A stretch of DNA of 36,572 nt from positions 1 to 36,572 of the forward strand of contig LWCA01000254.1 in assembly GCA_001642005.1 (NCBI GenBank), in the 5' to 3' direction. How positions within the stretch are numbered: the stretch's first letter is position 1; each line of letters begins with the position of its first letter. Under the pieces are notes generated by a model. The model did not search any database, was not told the origin of the DNA, and was given only the letters and a program-made list of their open reading frames with translations. Shown here one piece after another: positions 11,531-22,300 of this stretch. The DNA comes from Intoshia linei. Its lineage: Eukaryota; Animalia; Orthonectida. The translations under genes and the position numbers were made by a program.

Positions 11531-14078
11531 ATGAATAATTTTAAATTAAATCAACCAAATTTGAAGAATCTGCGGACTATTTTTCTATATGACAGTTTAA
11601 CCAAATCAAAAATAGAATTTACAAATAAAAGTCCTCTTAAAATTTATTCCTGCGGACCCACGGTTTACGATAAATCTCATTTAGGGCATGCTTGGTATTT
11701 ATTAAGCATAAAATATAGGGGAAAATGTGTGATAATTTTAAATTCATTAATTTAGTACATATATTCGATTGGACATGATCCGAAGAATGCTAAAATTCAG
11801 TAATTTTAACAACATACTTTGCATGGGAATAACGGATATAGATGATAAAATTATAAATAAAGGAATAAAGGTTTCACCGAAAATAATCTAATTACCGTTT
11901 AGTTAAATAAACCTTCAATTAATATAGCTAACATCTACTTTAAAGAATTTATTCAAAATTTAAATGATTTGAACATTCACGTTGACAAATTTTGTAAGGT
12001 TTCAAATAATATTAACGAAATTATTAATTTTATCAAAATATTGATTAAAAAAAAAAGTGCATATGCAACAACTGTTGGAAATGTGTATTTCCATTCAGGT
12101 TGCATTTCTGCTAAAAAATTGTTTATGAATACTAAAAATGATGAATACACTTCAATAAAATCTGGTAATTATATTTACAATCTCTGTTATAAAAATTAGA
12201 CAGTGGTAAAGATAAATTAACTACATCTGATTTCGCATTGTGGAAAACAAGCAAAGAAGGTTGGGCCTCTCCATGGGGAATTGGAAGGCCCGGGTGGCAT
12301 ATTGAATGCTCTGCTATGGCTACTAATATTTTTGGCGATGAAATAGACATTCATTATGGAGGTGAAGATATAATGATTCCACACCATCAGAACGAAATTA
12401 TACAATCTGAATGTTTTCACAATTCCAAATGGGTCAATTGTTGGATTCATTCTGGTAATACCTTATATTTTAGTTTTTATAAACCTTTTTCGTAATTAGG
12501 TACTGTTCATGTAGAAAAATTAAATAATATTGAAAAAATGTCAAAAAGTTTGAACAATTACACTTCTATAGACCAATTTTTATCTAAACATCATGCCAAC
12601 GTTTTGCGAATGATTTGTTTTAGTAGAGATATTCGATCTAGTAATTCAATATTTTATAAATATTTATTGGCTAAGTGAGAATGTATATGTTTTGAAATTG
12701 ATAAAATAGAGGAAACTGAAATGGTTTAGAATTATAATGTAAATTATTTATTAATTCATTATATCCGCTATATTAGGATTTCTTAACCTTTTTAAATTTA
12801 GCACCCCAGTTAGCCAGATCAATTATTTCCAGCACCCTTGTAAAAAATAAATAATTGATACCTTAAAATTAAACGTAAAAATTCTATTATGTTGACATTT
12901 TTAAAAACCATCATATTAATATCTAACATAATCAATAAATGGTCAAAATCAAAATGGAAGCTGTATTTGATAAGATTTAAATTGACTTAAATTTAAATAT
13001 TCCACTTATTTGACCGACAAAGTCAAAAATTTAATTTTTTCATTTTTTATGGAAATAATTTTTCTAGTACCCTTGAAATTAATTCTAGCACCGATTAAGA
13101 AAATCTGATTTATATTATGAAACTATTATTATTTCAATATACACTGATATTTGTAAAACTAGAAATAAATTATAATGAAACAATTACCAATAATTCGATT
13201 AAACTTTTACAAAATTTTCAAAACTACTTTGATCACATGGACTATCTGATGAAAAAAGAAAACGTACAAGTCATTGATGAATCTAATTTTTTAAAAGTGT
13301 AATATTAATTTATTCACATAAATTTTATATTCATAACAGTGGTAAAGAATGATTTCCAAACTAAATTATACGTTTACTTTAAAATTTTCTTTCCATTCAA
13401 GTTGAGTGACTCAACCAATTTTTTAAATGTTTTTTGAATCGTATGGCTAAATTCAGTCAGTTTTATCAGATATTTGGCAAATTTTTAATTAATTTAGATA
13501 AAAAGGATTTCCCCGATTCTTTGTAGACATTCATGAAACTTATTTTAGATTAACAGTTCTCAATGAAAATATAGTTGAATCTATATCGGATAATTTTAAT
13601 GCAAAAAGAATTACGGATTCATTGTTTGAAGCCATACAAAAGATTCAAACTGAATGCCGAATAATACCAATTACTCCAAAAAAAAATAATAGATATATGC
13701 TATTGTACGCCAAAAATTGTATTCTTGATTATTTAGAAAACTTTGGATTTGATAAAAAACCAGTAATATTAATATAATCATGACTAATCTCTTAGTTCCA
13801 AATGAACCAACCACACATTTATTCGAAAGTTTCCACAAATGAAAATGACATGCTTGGCGATATAATATTAATGAGAAATGAGATACGTTCATTATCTAAA
13901 AAGGTTGATAAAGGTATTCAACTGAATTATAGAAAATTAGACGTTTCTAGATACATCAACTGAATTGTTTAAACTTTCCGATAAGATTCGAGAAATTTTA
14001 CACGATAAGTATTCCATAAATATGAAGGTATGAATAAAAATAAAAAAATTGTATAAATTTTAATTTAAGGACAAATAG
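11531..14078 (+). CDS. CARS2: Cysteinyl-tRNA synthetase, mitochondrial type (CARS2-like)
   Basis: [16 protein letters not shown] (HIGH motif), [40 protein letters not shown]...[14 protein letters not shown], and C-terminal SDKIRE...INMKDK*. MGITD and the lack of the cytosolic CARS1 insertions favour CARS2. Confidence 0.9.
12775..13107. mobile_element. hAT-like MITE in a CARS2 intron
   Basis: Ends taggatttcttaac / attaagaaaatctg are imperfect inverted repeats. A repeated agcaccc motif lies near both ends. Confidence 0.5.
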
Positions 14079-14095
14079 ACAACTATGGGATATAT

Positions 14096-16678
14096 TTATT
14101 TACAATCCAATAGAGACAAAACATTGATAGCACCTGCAAATTTATTTGTATTTGCGGATTCTTCCAAAATTATTTTATGTTTTAAAATTATTTTCTTCAC
14201 CTTTTTGTTATTATTCTTCATCAACCTAAACATAATTAAAAAAATATAAATGAAAAAATAGTTACAAGCTAATTATATGACATCCCCGATTAATTTTCAA
14301 CCATTCGGAAAAAATTTTATCGTCAATTAAAGCTTTGATAAAATTATCTAAAATTACGAATTAAATAATGCACATTAAATCTTACCATTTGATGTATCAC
14401 TGATAATTTTTTTAAGTAAAATATTTGCTGGGTCATGCTTTATGATTTGTGGATTTTCAGTTATCAAATTTGAAAATTTTTCAAATAATAGTTTCGACTC
14501 ATCTAAAATAAAATGACTAAGTAAAACTTATTCATATTAATTACCATTTTTAAGATCAATCAGAGCTGTAATAATAGGGTAATGGCTTTTTAATTCTACA
14601 AAGGTTGCTAAATTGTCTAGTACACATTGTAATATTGATTTTCCAAAAATATCGGCCAATTCTTGGCATTTTATGTTTCTATCCTTTTTACTAAAAAATA
14701 AAAAATACACAGCCATTGATAAAATGAATACCTATTAGCATAAGACGATTTTATTAATTCCAAAAGTTGAGGATTGATAAATTTTGGATTGCGTGGAGAC
14801 AAAATATAAGAAATAATACGTCGCCCATACTGAGAATCAAACAGTTTGTTTATGTCGTCGTTTATACTCTAAAAACTGTTTACAAATTCCTGTAACTACT
14901 GTAGATTGTTAAAATATAAAATGGCAAATGAAGAATTGGCAAAATTAGATTTACACTTTGACGATTTTAACCAAATAAAAATCTTGGAACCTAATATTCA
15001 AGAAAACGGAAACCAGTTATCAAACGCCTGTGATGAATTCATGAAAAGTTTGTTAAAATAGAGTTTATCATAAATAAATTCTAGATATTGAAGTGTTTAT
15101 GGAAATATCCAAACCAATCAAAGATTCCTACCATGATATGGTTAAAAATGTCGAGGAATGTAAAATGAATGTAAATATTTCATATAAACATTTTATTGAA
15201 ATCTAGGCCCTCTGTGCTAGAACCATTAACACCACCATGAATGAAAATTACAGCAAAGAAAGGGATTTAATGAATAAAATTAACCATAAAAATATGCTCA
15301 TAGAAAAGTAATTTTAAAGTAAAAGGATAAATTAATTAAGTATTTTAGATTAAAAACTGAATTGGCATCATATGCTCAACACGAAAGAAGCCAACAAAAA
15401 ATGATTGAACAGATTCGATTATTAAAATAAATATACTGGTGCTATTTGTTTTTTGATTAATGCAGTGTCATCTAATGCGTCCAGTATGCAGATAATTATA
15501 AGATAAGAGTCTTTTAGACAAATGTCAACAATTTTACTTTTCATTGATTTCACTATAATTTTTCTTTCCTAAAATTCCAAATGTAAATAGTAATTTACAA
15601 AACTAAATACCTTTGGTTTTGAATGCCAAAATATTTTCATAGCTATATAAATGCCATCATTGCTATTCAAAAAGGTTTCCAATTTGTCGCGTAACTTTTC
15701 GATAATTTCCTAAAATTATAATTATTCATAAAAATTAAAAATCTACCAATGTCAAGTTTTCATCGTCTTGAGATAGTAAATACTGTCTAAAAAGCTTGTG
15801 TATAAAAGACAGACCCAAAATATGATCATTGTCACTAAAAGCAACAAGTCTATCATGTAAATGTTTCAACAAAATTTCTTTGTATTCTTTATTTTCAATA
15901 ATCTCGCTGAAATTCTTTTTACAATCAGGCTAATTTTCAAATTAAATAATATAAATAAAAATAACATTGAATATTTTGTATCTTTTTCCGTAGAATTCTC
16001 CCAACATTAATTTTTTTTGATGACTATTTGTGTATTTGGTGTAAACAAACTCCAATAATTGTCGCGATATCTAAATCAATTACGAATACAAACCCATTTG
16101 GAAACCTTTGTTTTTATCAAATTTCTCATGTCTTTAGATAATTCGTTAATTAAATGATTCTTTTGACTCTTAGAACTAATCAATGATTATATTAAACCAA
16201 AAAGTAACATTACCCAGATTTAAACAATTGCCTTAAGAAATGTACGGCATATTTACATTTAGCTAAATAATTTATTTCGACTAAATTTACATTATAAAAA
16301 TTGTATAAAATTACCTTTAAGTTCATCAAATATTTCATCTTTAGTGTCAGTTTCACCATATTTCACAATAGATTCAATAACTCGACTCATATCGGGAGTA
16401 TAGATAATCTATACATTCAGTCAAATTGCTAACTATTTAAAAACCTTTGTAAGATTTCCCTTTAATAGTTCAGAAATTTCTTGGCACCATTTTACTTGAT
16501 TTGCCCTTGTTGTATCATGTCTAAACATTCAGTAAAATTACATTTTAGAAAAATATTACTTTCGCAAATTGTTCCATATTTTTTTAGCTTTTAGATTCAT
16601 GTCATAATTAGGTTTTTGTTGTTTATGCACTTTTTTACGCTCCTTTTTTGTCAATTTTGACCAAGTCACCGCAATTTC
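14096..16678 (-). CDS. PUM3: Pumilio homolog 3 / Puf6 / KIAA0020-like nucleolar RNA-binding protein (5'-most exon uncertain); not in the ORF track
   Basis: The spliced translation gives NYDMNLKAKKIWNNLRK, PDMSRVIESIVKYG, LAKCKYA, LMLGEFYG, ERKIIVKSMKSKI...ILDALDDTALIKKQI and SQYGRRIISYILSPRNP...SKKDRNIKCQEL, collinear with PUM3. Stop at 14096-14098. Confidence 0.85.
14921..15430 (+). CDS. IFT20: Intraflagellar transport protein 20, 131 aa; exons 14921-15047, 15085-15170, 15207-15307, 15349-15430; nested antisense in a PUM3 intron; not in the ORF track
   Basis: Spliced protein MANEELAKLDLHFDDFNQIKILEPNIQENGNQLSNACDEFMKNIEVF...VEECKMNALCART...MLIEKLKTELASYAQHERSQQKMIEQIRLLK*. It resembles IFT20 (GLHFDELNKLRVLDP, EKMKAIGARN) in motif and length. 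Three GT-AG introns of 37, 36 and 41 nt. Confidence 0.9.
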
Positions 16679-16910
16679 TAATGATATATCGTATAAATAC
16701 TATTTCACGAAAAATTTAATTTGTATATATTCAATTATTATTATCGCAAATTTGCATTCAAAATTTTGTCTATAAAATAAAACCATTGCAAATTTTCATT
16801 CAAATTTAAACCTGGTAAACATTCAGTTGAGCGACATAATAAAACATTTTGGTACTTAATCATATTATTTATTTTTTCACCCAAATTTTAAATATTTTAA
16901 AGATAATTTT

Positions 16911-17531
16911 GGGACAATTTTAATTTTACCAACCCTTATGAGATTACCAACTTTTACCAACCTTTAATGTAAAAATTCGATTTTAAAAGCCCTTTAGGGA
17001 AAATTCCAGTTTTACCAACCTTTATGGGAAAACCCACTTTTACTAACATTTTATGTGAAAAAGAAAATGCATACAGCGTAGTTGAAAAGCTGAATTTTAT
17101 AAAACAAACAAGCAAAAATAGAGGTAAACAGTGTATGATTCAAACAATTACGACTGACGAAGGTAAGGCATATCAAAAAACTATAGAAATCCTTAATAGT
17201 TCCACCATATGGTTAACTGTTGGTTTCACGTGAAAACTTTGATTGAATCTGATGCTTCCGCGATAACTTGTTTATCACTAATTTTTCTATTTGAGAACTT
17301 CATTTTGTTTTGTTTGTGATATTGAGTTTTTATGGGATACTCCGCAATTCTGTAAAACTGGATTTTACCCTTAAAGGTTGGTAAAACTGGAATTTTCTCT
17401 AAAGGGTTTTTAACACCGAATTTTTCCCTTAAAGGTTGGTAAAACTGGAATTTTCCCTAAAGGGTTTTTAAAAACAAATTTTTCCTTTTAGGGTTGGTAA
17501 AACTAAAATTTTTAGTAAAAATTAGACACCC
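16911..17531. mobile_element. Foldback-like non-autonomous element with long inverted arms built of ~29-nt tandem units
   Basis: The left arm 16920-17050 (ttttaccaaccttta...) is inverted relative to the right arm 17352-17520 (aaaggttggtaaaactggaattttccc). The right end reads ...ttagacaccc. Confidence 0.65.
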
Positions 17532-17682
17532 ATTTTTAATTGTCACTAATAAATTAAAGTGTGTAAAAACAAAATAATTTCAGTTATTACAATAAAAAAA
17601 CTACATTAAATTTTATGGTAATTCAATGAGTTGTTTGATTTAATTTATTACTTTGGTATTAGATTATTTCTCTTTAAGATAA

Positions 17683-18039
17683 CCGTTACGTTCTACGAAA
17701 ATTTATAGAGAAATTTATAAGCGAGAAAACGAAAAGCCAAAATGCTCTATTTGTAGTAAAACGATGAATTATAAAAATTCATCCCCAACTGGTTTACATC
17801 GTCACTTAACACGCGTACATTTTATGATCAAATCATTGCATGAACCTGTAAATAAAAAAACAAACAAAAAATCCCAATATAACAGTGTATTTAAAAAAAT
17901 TTATGATAGCCACGAAAGGGTTGAAGTCATAATTGACTGGGTACGATGGACTAACCATAAACCAAGTTACCCGATCAAATTTTATTCGAAAAATTTTGAG
18001 ACTAATCGGCTTGCCTATATCTCAAATCTGTGTCAATAA
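17683..18039 (+). pseudogene. BED zinc-finger-containing transposase fragment (hAT-like relic)
   Basis: The open frame reads YKRENEKPKCSICSKTMNYKNSSPTGLHRHLTRVH, a Cx2C...Hx4H BED finger. There is no ATG before the cysteines and no downstream catalytic domain. Confidence 0.6.
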
Positions 18040-19354
18040 TCTTGTAAATAGTTACTTTGAAAAAATTAGAAGACAAATAATAAATTAAAATAATTGAAAA
18101 GATTTCTAAGATGTAATATAATGGTGAAAAATATCATTTCATAAGGGGACCAGTTTTAAAAATAAAAATATTTAAATGTACACTTTTAGTCTCAAAAATG
18201 ACTTTAATCTTGAACTTATAACCAATATATGGAAGTTGTGATGATATAAAATGTTAAATAAATCGTTTTTTGTCCTAATTTGGGTGTTTTATTATAGGAT
18301 TTTAAAGTTAACAACCAATTAATACCAGATGGTAATCCTTGATTATTTCAAAAATAATAACAATTTTGGAACTGTTAGTATTTTTAGTTTTTCCATAATT
18401 AAAAATTTTTATTGTATTACTAACAGTATGAGTTAATTTGTTTCTCGAGAAATTGCGAGCAATACATACAATGTAAATAAAAATATTAGATACAATAAAA
18501 TGATTAATGATAAATAAATAATTTTTTTAAAAATTGTTAAATGTGTAAAAACTAGCAACACAACATAACATTTAAATGTTGTTTTCATTATTTTTTTTAA
18601 AAATATTCAAAATTTTTAGTAAATAAGTTCAAGGGTTAATAAAGATTTTTCATAAAAATTTAAGAAATGTCGACATTATGGGACAAGTATCCGGTTCACT
18701 ACAATTTTTTCTGAAATTGAAATACAAATATTTTACCAGCTTTTTTCGATTCCTTAATGGATTTTGATTCAGAATCAGAAATTTTTCTTTTCTAAAATAT
18801 ACTTAATGACCATCTTTAAAGGTAGCTTGCCTTGTTAATAATTTTCATTTTATAAACAACACCTTATAATATTAATTATCGTTAGTTTCTACGTTAATGT
18901 GAATTGATTTAAGTTAAAGATACTTTTATTGTTTTTTAACAAGTCTATTTTTGAATTGTACATTTGTATTTATACAGATTAGGTTATTTTTCTCTTTAAT
19001 TCTTATAACCAATTGTGTATTCCTTCCTATTTGTATTAATGCTTCATTCAATATACAATAATAATCAAAACAACAACAACAATACGTTATATATTTTTAT
19101 ACTCATTTTCATATCCAGATTTACTGTAAAACAAGTATAAGTGATTGTATTGTAAAAATACAATCATACTAATTTTTTCTTTCGATTATTTTAATAATAA
19201 CTGAAACAAAAATGTGCATTTGAGGATTTAAAATGGTATCATTAATTCAGGTACGTCACTAAAAAGTTTTTAGTATAAACACGATATAAATGTTAATATT
19301 TATCATTCTGAAGTAATAAAAAATGAAATAAAGAATTATAATATTTAGGAAGGT

Positions 19355-22300
19355 TTATTTAATATCACAAAGCAAGGCTACGCCTCGCAAAACCCAATGG
19401 TCTGATTCTTTAGAAGTTTTGAGTAAAAGGTTGAAAATATATTTGAGATCTGTCCGGCGTGGTTTTTTGTACACCGGGCATTCGTAGTAATTTGGAGGTC
19501 CCTTTTTGTTTGATGTATTGATAGCAAAAACATGAACTACTGGTAATTGTGTGTATAAAACTTTTGGTGGAGGTTCAACCAGTTTCATATTCCTGCGATC
19601 CCACCCTGCTCCATCAATAAACAAACCATAAATGTATACACCTAAAAAAATTCAATTATAAATATAACGTCTAATTTTTTATATTTTGTAAAATATTAAG
19701 TAAAATTTACCTTCTGATGGCGGATTATTAATATCTTCTTTTAATAATTTAGTAACTTCATTATCTAGTACGACTCCATCTAAAGACCAACCTTTATGAG
19801 CTCTGGTAATTTCTTGTTTTGTAGCCGTTAAGAAACCTTGAGGATTAAAAAATCCAGTCATCCAAAAAGCCGCTGGACGTTCCACAAATATCCATGAATA
19901 GAATTGAGCGTTTCTGTCCACTAGCTCCGTAAACCAAAAACCAAAAGTTGAACCATCCCAAGAAATTTTGGACCATGAAGCTGGAATTCGAGCGTCAAAC
20001 AAATTATCCAGTGCATCCATTAAATTTTCAGACATTATTATTGTACCATCAATGGCTAATTTTAAATCATTCAAAGTACTACGGACACTTTTTATAACTC
20101 TGTCCATTCTGTCAATTTCTTGACGTAAAAATATATTAAGAGGTTGGAGGTGTCCATATTTATGTAATCGTTCTTTGACCTAAAAATAAAAATTAATAAA
20201 ATGTTCTATTTATGATTGAAATTATTTACCATATGAAAAATGTAATCTTCGGGTAATTTTTCTAAAACATCACTAGCTAGTTGATACACGATTGATTCTC
20301 TTGTTTGACCTCCGCCACTAGCTGCATCTTTGGGTTGTATACTTTGTATAGTTTGCAACATGAGAGAGGTTGTATTAGTTTGATATCTAATAATTACATA
20401 AAAATTACGGACAAACGTACATTATCTTACGTTATGTCTGCATTGGAATGTAAACCAAATATTTCAGGATGATCTGATACCGGTAATTTTTCGATAGCAT
20501 TGTTATAATCATCTACAGATTTACATTTTGGAATGACATATCCTAAAATTTATATTGAATGACGACACCAAATTATTTTAATGATTAAAAAAAATTCATT
20601 TAATTCACTACATAGTAAAATTACCTTTATAGAAATTGAACGAGTCATTAAATATATTTTCCCCTAAAAAAAGAATACAAACTTGACAAATAAAATTACC
20701 TAGCCAAACTTTGCAATAAGTAATCAATAATCGTTTATCAAAATCGTCTGTAACTCTTCCTCCATATTGAACTTCAGATATCATGTATCGAACGGTATTC
20801 CACGAAACACCCTAAAACTAATTAACTTTTGATAAAATATATAACATACTTTGCTAATATCCATATCATCCAAGTGATTTTGAACAAATTGCAAGGATGC
20901 AGCTAAATCTGAAGTGTTAAATTCATACGGAATGTTCCATCCAATGGGACCAAACTTTCGACGTTCTTGCACAACCGTATGCAAAAAAGCGACAGCATAT
21001 AATAACGGTTTCCATTGTGGAACATTGATAATATCTAAATAAAGTATATTAAAATTACTGGTAAATCTACCCAATTGATCTTGACTAACTGTACCATATG
21101 TACGCCTAAGTCCTGCTTTCATACCACCTGGTGGTTCGGCAGTATATTTAATACCCATTTGTAATAAATTAATAGGAAAATCTGGATGTTCTTCGGTAGT
21201 CAGCCAACAACGAAAATTTGGCTTGGCATTTTCTACATTTGTCAAAACATCCATAAGTTCCTCCATATAGTCTAATCCCAAATGACAATTCTGTAACAGC
21301 ACCCAACCTCCGTCTGACATGGCATTGTTTATAACTCGTCTAGCATGTACTTCCTGGCCTTGGCCCATTGATATTGCTTCGAATGACTTATTTTGCAATT
21401 TCGCCAACCTTTCAATTGATTCTGTAGGATCGGATCCCATGGAAAGGAAACAAATTAAAGGAACGCTAGTGTTTGATTCGTCAACCAATTCTGACAAATT
21501 GAGAGCAACGCCTTCGACGAATTTCTGGCCTATTGTAGTCCCAATGTATTTTTTTGCCATTGGTATGCATCTGTCAGGACACCAACACCTAACCAATAAC
21601 AATTTATGAAACAATGACAAATGGTTATCATATCCATCAGGTAGAACGGTCGATTCAGGCGCATCACTATCGAACCAGTCTTTCCATGATTTATCATCAT
21701 TAGTGACTTGACTTAAAATTTGAGTAAATGTGGGTAAAGAACTGAGTTCTACCAAATTCAACCATACCACGTCCGATATCCATTTTTTGGGTTTAGCTTC
21801 AACAGAATTTAAATCCAATGCAGCACCTCCTTTTATGAAAATAGAAAATTCTTTTGAACTCACCAAACCTTTTTTCATCTCTAGTTTGAATGTAATTAAT
21901 ACTGTAGATAAAAATTTGTCCTTTTCGAAAAGGCTTCTAACAAGGTAACGCCAGGACTCATATGTCAATGTTTCAATTATGTTTGCTATTCTTTTGGAGT
22001 TTACAGGTGATTTAGTGGAAATGGCAATAGAAATATTAAATATACCCAAAAATTGTTTTAACGACGTCTGATACATATTATTGATCATTCCAATTTCGAC
22101 GATAAAAAAGTAAAGAATACTACCTCTAGTAGCGACTGAACGAAATTCCTCTCTAGCAGAATTTATTCGAATTTCTGTTTCTGCTGCAATAGATAATTTT
22201 TCATTAACTTCATTGGCCGTAATTTTCGTAGTTCGTAATACAGCGATTAAAGATTCGTCTTCTACAAGAGAACCTTCTGTAGAAGTCAACCTAAATAGCA

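Noticed and set aside
17024-17233. 69-aa ORF within the foldback spacer as a possible transposase
   Set aside because: It starts inside the repeat arm, is short, and has no catalytic motif.
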